A stretch of DNA of 64,000 nucleotides from Lachnospiraceae bacterium (GCA_029054245.1 JAIDFQ010000004.1:127662-191661); one strand, 5' to 3'. Counted from the stretch's first letter, positions 47,812 to 60,528 are shown. Translations and numbers: made by a program. Notes: generated from the sequence alone by a model not told the origin.

Positions 47812-49710
47812 TCATCTGATAATTTCATTCCAATTTGAAATCCCGATAATCCCCTTTGCAAACTCCGTATAAGCCGCATGATTGGGCGTGTCGATATATT
47901 TGAATACATCATAAATCTGTTTATGCCTGCCTCCTGCATCAGTCAGCCCAAAGGCAAGTCCCTGCGCCACTTCTTCTGCCGCATCCGTCTCACGGTTTAA
48001 AAGAAAGCCATCAATTTCATCATAGGCGGCTATTTTGTAATATGCATAGGCAAATGCTGCCGCCTGATATGCCTCCCCTGCGTGGGATGTGTATCCCAAC
48101 TCACTGATTAAGATGCTGCGCACCTCTCCGGTATCGGTAAGGAACTGTTCCTGCTTTAAATAGTTAATCAAAACTTCTATATTTTCCATAGTAATCATGG
48201 AGGTGCCAGCGCCATGTTCCACGTACTTAGACCCCTTCCAAGTCCTCGCCTCTGTCAGTGGAACATTGTAAGGATGCTGCGCCACTCCCCAGTCAATATT
48301 TCCCTTAGAAGTGATATTCCTGTTAAACACATCCAAAATGTCCCTGCCATCATAATTGGTATTGTTTTTAATATTTCTGTCCCATTGCTGATCCAGTGAA
48401 ATATAAACCCTTGCACTGCCGCTCACACTCTTGATGGCTGTGTAGAACACGCGAAATGCCTTGGCATATTCCTCCACGTAAGTCTCAATATCCGTGTACT
48501 CCATGTGATTCCATTCTTTGCGCGCATTGATTTCATTGGCAATCACCCAATTGGAAATCCTGCCGTGCCTGTTATCCGAATAGCGTTCCGCCAGAAAAGA
48601 ACCGATTGCAGCCATATATTCCACACCGGATTCCTCCGCCCCGTTAAACATATAATAAGGAGCCGCACTGCCGCCCCGCGCTCTGGGGTGGATCAACTGT
48701 GTGTAGGCGGAAGAATAGTTGTTTAAGATAATGGCTGTGGTGGTAATCCCCTTTGCCGTAAGCGTGCTAAATACAATATCGTACTCTGCCACCACCTGTC
48801 CGTTAAAGGCGTAAGTCTTTCCATTATAGGTATAATGGATGGTGGGATAAGCAGCACTTGTGGTAGGTCCCAGCAGTCTTGCAACCGGTATGTTGTAAGC
48901 TGCCTGCTTTACGCCCAGATCATCCAGTTCATTTCCCCGCAGCCTGTTAGGATCCACTAAAAGCCCCTTCTTAGAGGATGCCTGCTGATAAACGGAACTA
49001 TATCTAGCAATCGCCTCCGGATTGGTGATATAGCTTGGACCGCTCACCTGTACATATTGTCCGTCTTTCTTTATGGCAACCACGAATTTCTTATAAAGAC
49101 GGCTGCTTGACAGATTATAATTAAGCGCTGCGCCGAAACTGGTCGCATTGTCTTTATAATCCCTTGCTATATAATCGCTTCCTTCCGCAATACCGCTGTC
49201 ATAGGTATTCAGCGCAAAAAGATAATAGTATTTATCATCACTTTTAGGGACGCCGTCTCCCTCTACCGTCACCGATATTCTCTTCGTGTCAGGATCAATG
49301 ATACACTGCGAGATGGAAGCAAACTCTGATGCCATATCTGGCGCAAGTTCATGAGTCTCGGGACGCTTATGGAAGGACTCCCACACTGCGCTTCCTGCCG
49401 TTACAAGGTGATCGACTACGCCCTCACCCATATCTTCTTTCGTCATCTCTTCGGCAATTTCTTCTGCAAGTTCAGACAAATCAGCCCCTTGAAAATTCTG
49501 ACCATCCTCCCCTTTCTTGCCTGATGCAAAAAAGAATACCACAACAGCAATGACTGCAGCCAGCATAACGCCAAGGAGGATGATAAGCCCTATCAGCATT
49601 TTCCGCATGCCGGCTTTTTCCCCTTTTTTTAAGATGCGCCTCTTTTTCTTTTTGATATTAACAGACTTATTCTCCGCCGGTTCCTTATTCTTTCCGGTTT
49701 TCAAGTTCAT
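47812..49710 (-). CDS. Membrane-anchored DUF5722-like protein (probable glycoside hydrolase fold)
   Basis: Basic N-terminus plus TM; SSKKGL, WVIANEIN, AQHPY and ILISELGY motifs. Confidence 0.7.
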   Translation of the reverse strand: MNLKTGKNKEPAENKSVNIKKKKRRILKKGEKAGMRKMLIGLIILLGVMLAAVIAVVVFFFASGKKGEDGQNFQGADLSELAEEIAEEMTKEDMGEGVVDHLVTAGSAVWESFHKRPETHELAPDMASEFASISQCIIDPDTKRISVTVEGDGVPKSDDKYYYLFALNTYDSGIAEGSDYIARDYKDNATSFGAALNYNLSSSRLYKKFVVAIKKDGQYVQVSGPSYITNPEAIARYSSVYQQASSKKGLLVDPNRLRGNELDDLGVKQAAYNIPVARLLGPTTSAAYPTIHYTYNGKTYAFNGQVVAEYDIVFSTLTAKGITTTAIILNNYSSAYTQLIHPRARGGSAAPYYMFNGAEESGVEYMAAIGSFLAERYSDNRHGRISNWVIANEINARKEWNHMEYTDIETYVEEYAKAFRVFYTAIKSVSGSARVYISLDQQWDRNIKNNTNYDGRDILDVFNRNITSKGNIDWGVAQHPYNVPLTEARTWKGSKYVEHGAGTSMITMENIEVLINYLKQEQFLTDTGEVRSILISELGYTSHAGEAYQAAAFAYAYYKIAAYDEIDGFLLNRETDAAEEVAQGLAFGLTDAGGRHKQIYDVFKYIDTPNHAAYTEFAKGIIGISNWNEIIR

Positions 49711-51055
49711 TTTTTCCTGTTTCCTTCTGATTTTTGATTCTCTTCATATGCTCTTTTACTTTTATCTCATATCCGTTGCCCGACGGACGATAAAACTCCT
49801 TGCCGCTCAGCTCATACGGCAGATACTGCTGCTCCACATAATGATTGGGATAATCATGCGCGTATAGATAGCCTGTCCCATGCCCCAGCTTCGCTGCGCC
49901 TTTATAATGGGCATCCTGCAAATGGGTGGGAATCGGCAGGTTCCCTGTTTCTTCCACTGTTTTCATCGCCTCTCCTATCGCCGCTACGCAGGCATTGCTT
50001 TTGGGTGCACATGCCACATATATCACCGCCTGGGACAGAATGATCTGTGCCTCCGGCATTCCTACCCGTTCCACCGCCAACGAAGCATTCACCGCTACGG
50101 TAAGGGCGTAAGGGTCTGCAATCCCCACATCCTCCGATGCACAGATCATGATTCTTCTCGCGATAAAGGTGACACTTTCCCCTGCGTAGAGCATCCGTGC
50201 CAAATAATAGACTGCCGCATCCGGGTCTGAACCTCTCATGCTCTTGATAAAAGCTGATACGGTATCATAATGATTATCTCCTGCCTTGTCGTAACGCACT
50301 GCACGTTTCTGGATGCATTCCTGCGCCACTTCCAGCGTAATATGTATCTTTCCGTCCTCACTTCGATTGGTGGTCATAATGCCCAGTTCAATGGCATTAA
50401 GTGCATGTCTTGCATCTCCGCCGGAGACATCCGCCAAAAACGCCATGGCATCCTCATCTATCACTGCATCATAAGCGCCCATTCCCTTTTCCGCATCATA
50501 CACCGCTCTGTGAAGGAGCGCTTTGATGTCCTCTCTGGAAAGGGGTTTCAGCTCAAAAATAACCGACCGGGAAATCAGCGCACTGTTGACCTCAAAATAT
50601 GGATTTTCTGTAGTCGCACCGATTAGGATAATGGTTCCATCTTCCACAAACGGCAGCAGATAATCCTGCTGTCCTTTGTTGAACCGATGAATCTCATCGA
50701 TAAAGAGAATCGTCCTTTTACCGTACATCCCCAGCGTATCTTTCGCCGCTTTCACGACCTCCTCCATATCCTTTTTCCCTGCCACAGTCGCATTGATCTG
50801 AGTAAATTCCGCACTAGTGGTATTGGCGATCACCTTTGCAAGGGTGGTCTTTCCTGTGCCGGGAGGTCCGTAAAAAATGATGGAACTGATCTTATCCGCT
50901 TTTATTGCCCGGTAGAGCAGCTTGTCCTCCCCAATGATATGCTGTTGACCGACCACCTCCTCCAGTGTGGAAGGACGGATTCTCGCCGCCAAGGGAGATT
51001 CCTTTTCCATATTGGCGGACCGCATATAGGTAAATAAATCCATGTTTTCCTCCAT
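49685..51055 (-). CDS. rarA: Replication-associated recombination protein A (MgsA)
   Basis: [39 protein letters not shown]. Confidence 0.93.
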   Translation of the reverse strand: MEENMDLFTYMRSANMEKESPLAARIRPSTLEEVVGQQHIIGEDKLLYRAIKADKISSIIFYGPPGTGKTTLAKVIANTTSAEFTQINATVAGKKDMEEVVKAAKDTLGMYGKRTILFIDEIHRFNKGQQDYLLPFVEDGTIILIGATTENPYFEVNSALISRSVIFELKPLSREDIKALLHRAVYDAEKGMGAYDAVIDEDAMAFLADVSGGDARHALNAIELGIMTTNRSEDGKIHITLEVAQECIQKRAVRYDKAGDNHYDTVSAFIKSMRGSDPDAAVYYLARMLYAGESVTFIARRIMICASEDVGIADPYALTVAVNASLAVERVGMPEAQIILSQAVIYVACAPKSNACVAAIGEAMKTVEETGNLPIPTHLQDAHYKGAAKLGHGTGYLYAHDYPNHYVEQQYLPYELSGKEFYRPSGNGYEIKVKEHMKRIKNQKETGKNELENRKE

Positions 51056-51066
51056 TTAGATGCTTT

Positions 51067-52407
51067 TTATGATGCATCTAAAAACTGTTTATAAAGACGG
51101 GCATGATCCAAGGTGCACCTCCACTTATTACCGGCGTTAGCGCTCACACAGATATAATGTTTTCCGGTCTGGTCTTCTGCATAGCTTACGGCACAACTTC
51201 CTGACTGCACCACATATCCCGTCTTTCCGCAGATTACCTCACCGCCACAATCCTTGTCCTCAATGCGGCGCAAAAACCAGTTGGAAAGCAATATCCCGTC
51301 TGGATGCTGGGGTGTTTCCGATGTATTATAAGTATGGGCTGACATGACTTCCCTGCAAAGCTCATTATCCATAGCTGCTTCCATAATCATCGCCATGTCA
51401 TACACGCTGCAGTAATGATCTTCATCATAAATTCCCACGCAATTAGTGAAATGCGCCGTCTCTGACAGTCCCAGTTCCTCCAGTTTTTTATTCATCAGCT
51501 CCACAAAAGCCTCATGACTGCCCGCCACATACGTTGCCAGCCCTACCGCTGCATCCGCACCGGAGGGCAGGATGGTTCCGTAAAACAAATCCCTGACGGT
51601 GATTACCTCGTCCTTCATGAAACCGGCACTGCTGCAGTCATTGACATAACCATAATCCGTGATTTCAAGCGTCATTGTGAACGTATCATCCAGATCCTCC
51701 ACATGTTCCGCCGCAACCAACGCTGTAAGGACCTTGGTCATAGATGCCGGGTTCATCCTCGTCCGGGCATACTTTTCCGCAAGGATGCTATCCTCATCCA
51801 TATCGACCAAAATTGCATAGCTGCTGAAAAATTCTTCCCCTGACTTAAGCGTATCTCCCAGCTGCAAAGTATCGGCAGTGGCGCTTGCTGTATAAACCTT
51901 GGGACGCATGTCCTCCCTAAGCTGATCTGCCGTCTCCCCAATATTCATTTTCCCAATGATTCCTTGCCCTAACGCCTCTTTTTCCCTGCTGCCAGAAAGC
52001 GTTTCCTCCTCTATCGTCTGTTGTACCATAGATTGTATGATTCTCCATATGGCGCCAGCCTCTGTCCCTTGCAATAACGTTGCCGCCCCTGTAACGTTCT
52101 CCTTTAAGGCATCACCCGTTGCAACAATTCCATCTGTAACCACAGCATCTGTGACAGCTCCATCTGCAATGGCATCTTCTGCGGCGGCGCCTTCCGTCCT
52201 TGGCGCTTCCTGATTGGAAGGTTTATGCAAAAGCTTCATTCCCACCAAAATCAAAACGAAGAGGACAAATGCACCTGCTGCAAGCGGCGTGTACTTCTTA
52301 AAGTACCTGCGATACATCATCTGCCTTTCCTTGTCCCGCCGCATCTGCTCAATCCGCTGTCTGTGCCTTGCCCTGATCTCTTCTTCGTCATTTAATTGTT
52401 CATTCAC
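51067..52407 (-). CDS. Membrane-anchored D-alanyl-D-alanine carboxypeptidase (peptidase S11)
   Basis: ASMTK (SxxK), SGADA (SxN-like), GKTG; N-terminal TM. Confidence 0.88.
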   Translation of the reverse strand: MNEQLNDEEEIRARHRQRIEQMRRDKERQMMYRRYFKKYTPLAAGAFVLFVLILVGMKLLHKPSNQEAPRTEGAAAEDAIADGAVTDAVVTDGIVATGDALKENVTGAATLLQGTEAGAIWRIIQSMVQQTIEEETLSGSREKEALGQGIIGKMNIGETADQLREDMRPKVYTASATADTLQLGDTLKSGEEFFSSYAILVDMDEDSILAEKYARTRMNPASMTKVLTALVAAEHVEDLDDTFTMTLEITDYGYVNDCSSAGFMKDEVITVRDLFYGTILPSGADAAVGLATYVAGSHEAFVELMNKKLEELGLSETAHFTNCVGIYDEDHYCSVYDMAMIMEAAMDNELCREVMSAHTYNTSETPQHPDGILLSNWFLRRIEDKDCGGEVICGKTGYVVQSGSCAVSYAEDQTGKHYICVSANAGNKWRCTLDHARLYKQFLDAS

Positions 52408-52564
52408 TTACAAATACTCCTTAACTCTTCAATCCCTCTTTTACCTTTAAAACTGCGTAATAGAAAAATATTATATCATGTATGGGCATCGTATTCCATC
52501 GAATTTTGCTGGAAATTATAAAAAACGAGGCAAGGATGAATTGTTACCAAAAACCGGTTCTTGT

Positions 52565-53245
52565 TCAATCAAACAACAGCTCGTCTACCGTGACAAATTC
52601 ATACCCTTCTGCTTGGAGCCGATCCACGATTTCAAGCGCAGCCGTCACCGTGGTCTTGTATTGATCATGCATAAGAATAATCGCATTTTCCTCTGCCTTG
52701 GCACAGACGGTATCTACAATGCAGGAAACATTGCTGCTGCACCAGTCCAAGGGATCTATGGTCCAAAGCACGGGAAACATGTTCAGTTCCTTTTCAAATT
52801 CTTTGTTCCAACTACCATAGGGAGGACGGATATAAATCGTGTCCTCCCCAGTTATTTCTTTAATCACTTCATTGGTCTTTATGATTTCTTCTTTGAACTT
52901 TTCCCTGTTTCTGCTGCTAAGCTGGGTATGGTTATAGGTGTGATTTCCAATCAGATGGTCATCTTCGTAAATTGCTCTTACGATTTCAGGATAAGCTTCC
53001 GCGCTCTTTCCCGTAATGAAAAAAGTCACCTTCACATTCCGTTCCTTTAATCCTCGAAGCAACTGCTCTGTGTAATAGGGATGAGGACCATCGTCAAAGG
53101 TCAACGCTATCTTTTTGCTATCCCTACTTTCAAATGACCTTCCCATCGCGGGGATTTTTTCCTGCTGCCAAAAACCAATGATGCACAAAGCTACCAGCAA
53201 GACAAGCAGAATGATACAGGACAGGATTCTTTTCTTCAGATTCAT
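52565..53245 (-). CDS. Polysaccharide (peptidoglycan GlcNAc) deacetylase, CE4
   Basis: ALTFDDGP, NHTYNH, RPPYG, DPLDW, ILMHD. Confidence 0.92.
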   Translation of the reverse strand: MNLKKRILSCIILLVLLVALCIIGFWQQEKIPAMGRSFESRDSKKIALTFDDGPHPYYTEQLLRGLKERNVKVTFFITGKSAEAYPEIVRAIYEDDHLIGNHTYNHTQLSSRNREKFKEEIIKTNEVIKEITGEDTIYIRPPYGSWNKEFEKELNMFPVLWTIDPLDWCSSNVSCIVDTVCAKAEENAIILMHDQYKTTVTAALEIVDRLQAEGYEFVTVDELLFD

Positions 53246-53386
53246 AATAGAACTTTCTTTTCTCTTCCCTTATTCTATTTATATGCCTTAGATGCTCTTC
53301 TATAACACACAGCGCAAGATTATGATTGAAAAAGTGATGGATTCCGAATGAGATCCTTTATGGAGCACGCAAATGATTTGGTTTTA

Positions 53387-54355
53387 TCAATACCCTTTAT
53401 TGAAATCAATCATATTCTTTTTAGGCTCATTATTTTTATCTCGCTTCATATTTTCGCAGAATATATCTAAAATCCTCTTTCTCGTAAACTTATTTCCTCC
53501 CCAACTTATTCCTGAAATATGCGGAGTCAATAACACATTTTCCATATATCTGAGAGGATGACTTTCAGGTAAAGGTTCAGGATCTGTAACATCAAGGACT
53601 GCACCTCTGAGTAATCCTTTCTGCAGAGCATTTGTTAATTCGTCCGTATTCACAACAAATCCACGTCCAACATTTACGAGTATGGCATTTGCTTTCATCT
53701 TTTTTATTCTTGCTGCATCAAACATTCCCTCCGTTTCTGCTGTACCCGGAAGCGCGATAATAACCACATCAGCATTTTGCAATTGCGCATCAACACTGTC
53801 TATTGTATATATTTCATCAAAAGGCAAATGCTCATTGCCAGGGGTACGACATATTCCAACAGTATAAGACCCAAAACATCTAAGCTTTTTTGCAGTTTCC
53901 TGTCCAATATTTCCTGTCCCTAAAATAAGAACTCTTTTCCCCTCTAATGTATCATCACCCTCAATTTGGTTCCAACCACCACTTTTCATTTGCGTACGAT
54001 ATGAGAACAGATTTTTATATAATGCAAGAATTCCGGAAACAATATATTCAGAAATAACACATCCATAAGCGCCTGAAGCACTGGTAAGAATAATATTATC
54101 AGGAAAATCCAGAACAGAAGTGTATTTATTGGCACCCGCCCAAGTCATTTGAATCCATCTAAGATTTTTCATTAAATGAATCGTACTGTGTTCAGGCTCA
54201 CCAAATACAATTTCTATATTCGCATAATCCTCGCTTTTAAGAAGTTCCTTTTCATTATCAAAAAACAAAACCTTATCCTCTTTTTCAACGGATGATAAAA
54301 TAAGTTTTTTCTCACTTTCCAAACATTTTTTTATTATAGCAATAATTCGCATCAT
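53387..54355 (-). CDS. D-2-hydroxyacid dehydrogenase (phosphoglycerate dehydrogenase-like)
   Basis: WAGAN, ILGTGNIG, ALPGT, NVGRG, AVLDV...EPLP, LTPHISG; AT-rich coding sequence. Confidence 0.88.
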   Translation of the reverse strand: MMRIIAIIKKCLESEKKLILSSVEKEDKVLFFDNEKELLKSEDYANIEIVFGEPEHSTIHLMKNLRWIQMTWAGANKYTSVLDFPDNIILTSASGAYGCVISEYIVSGILALYKNLFSYRTQMKSGGWNQIEGDDTLEGKRVLILGTGNIGQETAKKLRCFGSYTVGICRTPGNEHLPFDEIYTIDSVDAQLQNADVVIIALPGTAETEGMFDAARIKKMKANAILVNVGRGFVVNTDELTNALQKGLLRGAVLDVTDPEPLPESHPLRYMENVLLTPHISGISWGGNKFTRKRILDIFCENMKRDKNNEPKKNMIDFNKGY

Positions 54356-54472
54356 TTTTCACCTTCTATTCTCACTAATATTCTCTGCTTTAACTTCAAT
54401 GTTTCTTTTTATTTATCATATCAAGTTCAGATATTTCATCATCATTTTAATGAACCATAAAAATATTATCAT

Positions 54473-54649
54473 TTATACGAACTGATTTCGTTGACTATCA
54501 TAGTTAAATCCTATTTTCTGAAGCTTCTCCTCAATTTCCGTCTTACTGACATCCATGTCATCGCACATATCATCCAGATTTGTATAATAATCACGGAGTT
54601 TTAAGTTAACATAACTCAGAAGCATATTAGGGTCATTTGGTATCGGCAT
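54473..54649 (-). CDS. DUF4250-family small protein
   Basis: PNDPNMLLSYVNLKLRDYY...YDSQRNQF; GAGGAGG RBS. Confidence 0.8.
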   Translation of the reverse strand: MPIPNDPNMLLSYVNLKLRDYYTNLDDMCDDMDVSKTEIEEKLQKIGFNYDSQRNQFV

Positions 54650-54716
54650 CCTTTTTCCTCCTCTCAGCAAACTGCGTGCAGGTGCATCCACCCACACGCA
54701 GCGTTTATTTTTGTCG

Positions 54717-54755
54717 GCGTTTGGTCCAATAAGCTGGTTTTATCAGCGTTTGGTA

Positions 54756-54759
<4 letters not shown>
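54717..54759. repeat. Copy C of the dispersed 18-bp module
   Basis: Plus strand reads GCGTTTGGTCCAATAAGC-tggttttatca-GCGTTTGGTACTAT; overlaps the clpB stop codon. Confidence 0.75.
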
Positions 54760-57338
<2,579 letters not shown>

Positions 57339-57453
57339 AAAGCACTCCTCTCTGCCTTTACTGCAAATAAATCTGGCATCATATTCATCCATTTAATTAC
57401 AGTATATCCGGCTAAGCAATCACTTATTATGCTCTTTCCTTGTTCTAGTGAGA

Positions 57454-57482
57454 GTATAACACTAATTGTTAGCACTGTAAAT
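57454..57482 (-). promoter_or_regulatory. SigA promoter of clpB
   Basis: TTTACA, 17-nt spacer, TATACT on the minus strand; the -35 lies inside the CIRCE. Confidence 0.65.
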
Positions 57483-57495
57483 AGGTGAGTGCTAA
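57469..57495. promoter_or_regulatory. CIRCE element (HrcA operator) upstream of clpB
   Basis: TTAGCACTG-N9-GAGTGCTAA versus consensus TTAGCACTC-N9-GAGTGCTAA (1 mismatch). Confidence 0.9.
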
Positions 57496-57517
57496 TTTTA
57501 TAGAATTTTTATATCTT

Positions 57518-58531
57518 CTAACTACCCACGCATTTCTTACGTTTGGATATTGACAAATAGAGTAAGAACCAGGCTATGCAGTGGACAACTAAAATCAGAC
57601 TATTCTTAATTGCCACTGCCATACTGCCTGACGATAATCCCATAATCCCCCCAAAGGTCGCCTGTGAAGGAACCAGGTAGCAGACTGTCATGATAAAAGG
57701 ATTGCTGAGCCCTAGTAGGAAACTTATGATTGGTACCGCTATAAACAGCAGCATTACCATTTTAATATAAACCACGCCGGTCATTAGCCCTCCCGCTGCC
57801 CTGCCGATAAACAATCCAATAAGCGCAGCTGTAAACGAAGACACAACAATCAGTACCAGCATCAGCGCTGCATTTAAAAGAGAAAACCGGAACACAATGC
57901 AGCTGGTAATAATCGAGGATGCGCCGCCGCACATGAAGCCGACACTGAGTTTCTGCATAATATATTGGCTGCGGGTCATCGGCAAAATCTCGTTGACCAG
58001 CGCTACGCCGTCCTCTTTTTCAGAAATCATGTTCATGGCGTTAAAGGTACATCCCATAAACATTGCAACAATCAAAATAACTGCAATAAACATATCCTTT
58101 AGTCCTTCCAGTACATCAGGGTATTCCAAAATCTGAATCTTTACCTGAGGCGTTATATTCCTCTGCTCATATAAAATCGGCAGTGTATCGGCAGTTTGGC
58201 GGAACAGATCGAGTTCATCCCCAGATACCATTGTTTTGATTCCCTTCCCTTCACTTTCCACACCAATCAGATTCGTTGACGGCTCATTGACCGCATCCAC
58301 CAACTCTTTCCGCGCCGGATAAACAGTGACCATGCCATAGCCTTCAAGCCATTCGACGGCCTGTTCTGGAAGATCATTTTCCACAACGCCGAAATGATGT
58401 TCTCCCAGCGAGGAAAAATCCACCTTTCCAGCAAAGCTAAGCGCCGCTGCCACCATAATCGGCAGAAGAAAGGTCATCAGACAAAACTTATCATGAAACA
58501 CACTTTTCAATTGATAACCCAAACCCTTCAT
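57518..58531 (-). CDS. ABC-2 type transporter permease
   Basis: N-terminal TM, extracellular domain, 5 TMs with a SEKEDG conserved loop. Confidence 0.82.
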   Translation of the reverse strand: MKGLGYQLKSVFHDKFCLMTFLLPIMVAAALSFAGKVDFSSLGEHHFGVVENDLPEQAVEWLEGYGMVTVYPARKELVDAVNEPSTNLIGVESEGKGIKTMVSGDELDLFRQTADTLPILYEQRNITPQVKIQILEYPDVLEGLKDMFIAVILIVAMFMGCTFNAMNMISEKEDGVALVNEILPMTRSQYIMQKLSVGFMCGGASSIITSCIVFRFSLLNAALMLVLIVVSSFTAALIGLFIGRAAGGLMTGVVYIKMVMLLFIAVPIISFLLGLSNPFIMTVCYLVPSQATFGGIMGLSSGSMAVAIKNSLILVVHCIAWFLLYLSISKRKKCVGS

Positions 58532-58532
58532 G

Positions 58533-59528
58533 CTATCCCTCCTTTCTCATTTCCCTGCTAAATACGCACCAGGCTGCTATAAATAATACCGCGATTGCAG
58601 CTAAATACCCCAAATAGTAAACCGGGGCTGTCGTTGATGTTCCAAAGTACGCATTTTTCATCCCCATGTAGATATGATAGAATGGATGGAAACTGATCCA
58701 GTCAAGTTTTATCGCCGTATTTGCGGACAGAAACACCGGCGTCGCAGCAAAAATAGCAATCAACAGATAAACCAGCGTAAACTGTCTGAAATCCTTTAGC
58801 AGCAGAGAACAAATCACGCCAATCAATGCCATAAGCAGGGATAAAAGCGCTGTTTGAAGCAAAACACTTGACAGGACAGACATTCCCTCCCCTATCCCCA
58901 CGTTCATTATCGTAAGCAACACGGCAAAGACCAGATCAGAAAGAAGGAAGATTGCAAGCTTGGAAACAAGAAATAGGCTCTTATGTACAGGAAGCACGGC
59001 GTGTATTCGGATAACCCCCATTCCTTTTTCCCTGAACAATACCGCTGCAATTCCCAAAAATCCTACGGCGCTGATTTCAAAAAACAACAATTCACAGGTA
59101 ATCTCCTTGCGTGCCTTTTGCTCCGGCGTATGAAAACCGACGATTTCGGCTTGGTATTCTTTTGACGGCTGCAAAGAAGCGCTTGCGTAATCAATCCGGT
59201 GCCGGTCAACCTTTTCCGCCCCCTCACAAAGTATAAGCTGTGTTTCTCCGGTGCTGGCATCGATGCCCACGCTTCTGGTATCCTCCAAAATCGCCGCATC
59301 AAGTTCTTCCCTTGACGAAACGCGACTAACCAATGGCAAGATTGTCCTGTGTACCCCTTCCGGATCATATAAATACACATTGTACCGCTGATCATCCATA
59401 AATTTGATATATCCAAAATTCACATATAAGGTATAAAGAATCAGAAATCCTAAAGACATCAGAAAAAATTTTCCTGACTTCATGAGTCGGACATCCTTTT
59501 TAAACAAGGAATAAAAGCCTTTCATCAA
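58533..59528 (-). CDS. ABC-2 type transporter permease
   Basis: Same topology; LFREKGMG loop; co-operonic with the ATPase. Confidence 0.82.
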   Translation of the reverse strand: MMKGFYSLFKKDVRLMKSGKFFLMSLGFLILYTLYVNFGYIKFMDDQRYNVYLYDPEGVHRTILPLVSRVSSREELDAAILEDTRSVGIDASTGETQLILCEGAEKVDRHRIDYASASLQPSKEYQAEIVGFHTPEQKARKEITCELLFFEISAVGFLGIAAVLFREKGMGVIRIHAVLPVHKSLFLVSKLAIFLLSDLVFAVLLTIMNVGIGEGMSVLSSVLLQTALLSLLMALIGVICSLLLKDFRQFTLVYLLIAIFAATPVFLSANTAIKLDWISFHPFYHIYMGMKNAYFGTSTTAPVYYLGYLAAIAVLFIAAWCVFSREMRKEG

Positions 59529-60373
59529 GTAAGCCCCCTTCCTGTATATTGGATAAACATATCCTCCAAGGTAGGCTCCCCAGAATGAATACTGATGATC
59601 TTGTCATGGGGAAATGGAATGCCTGTTTCCAGTTCCCCAACTTCTATGGTTTTTTCTTCTCTTTTTCCCTGATATAGATAGTCCACCGCCACGCGATAAT
59701 TGCTGTGTTGCTCCTTCAAATTTTTAGGCGTATCCAGCGCCACAATGTTTCCGCCAACAATAAATGCCACCCGGTCACAAAGCAGGTCCGCATCCAGCAT
59801 GTTATGCGTGGTCAGAAATACCGTTGTACCCTTTTGCCGCTCCTTTTCGATAATCCTGCGGAACAAAACTGCGCCGGATGGATCAAGCCCACTGGTTGGT
59901 TCATCCAAGAACAACAATCTGGGATTGCTAATCAGCGCCCGCGCCATACTCACCCGCTGCCGCATTCCCTTTGAATAAGAAGAAACCGGCTTTTTGAGGA
60001 AATCCCGTTTAAACTCCAATTCCTCCAGCACCTCCTCCACATCACGCAGCTGTGCCTTGGGATAAAATGAGGAAAAATATTTAAGGTTATCTACCGCACT
60101 CAAATTTGCATACAAATAAGGGAACTCAAACAAAACCCCGATTCTTTGAAAAAAATCCTTTGAATGTACCGTCAAAATATCCTGCCCGAACAGGGAAACC
60201 TTTCCTCCATGCCCTCCCAAAATTCCTGTTAGTATCTTTTGTGTCGTTGACTTTCCCGAGCCGTTTGGCCCCAAAAATCCAAAAATTTCTCCATCCTTCA
60301 CAGAAAAATTCAGCCCATGCAGCACTTGCTTATCTTTTCCGTAAGAAAACGTCAAGTCCTTTACTTCAATCAT
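59525..60373 (-). CDS. ABC exporter ATP-binding protein
   Basis: GPNGSGKS, YSKGMRQR, LDEPTSG, TTHNM. Confidence 0.92.
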   Translation of the reverse strand: MIEVKDLTFSYGKDKQVLHGLNFSVKDGEIFGFLGPNGSGKSTTQKILTGILGGHGGKVSLFGQDILTVHSKDFFQRIGVLFEFPYLYANLSAVDNLKYFSSFYPKAQLRDVEEVLEELEFKRDFLKKPVSSYSKGMRQRVSMARALISNPRLLFLDEPTSGLDPSGAVLFRRIIEKERQKGTTVFLTTHNMLDADLLCDRVAFIVGGNIVALDTPKNLKEQHSNYRVAVDYLYQGKREEKTIEVGELETGIPFPHDKIISIHSGEPTLEDMFIQYTGRGLT

Positions 60374-60528
60374 TCACCGTCACCCCATTTCCCCTGCTGT
60401 TTTTCTTTCTTCTCCTGTCTGCATCTCTCCCACCACTTCATAAACTTAATCTTGAGCGGAATAGAGATTATCAGTACCGCCAAAAAAACAATCCACCAAT
60501 ACCATTCCAAACCTAAAAACATAACCAT
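60370..60528 (-). CDS. Small Trp-rich single-TM protein, 52 aa (not in the ORF track)
   Basis: MVMFLGLEWYWWIVFLAVLIISIPLKIKFMKWWERCRQEKKEKQQGKWGDGE*; AAGGAGG RBS; ATGA overlap with the ABC ATPase start. Confidence 0.78.
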   Translation of the reverse strand: MVMFLGLEWYWWIVFLAVLIISIPLKIKFMKWWERCRQEKKEKQQGKWGDGE

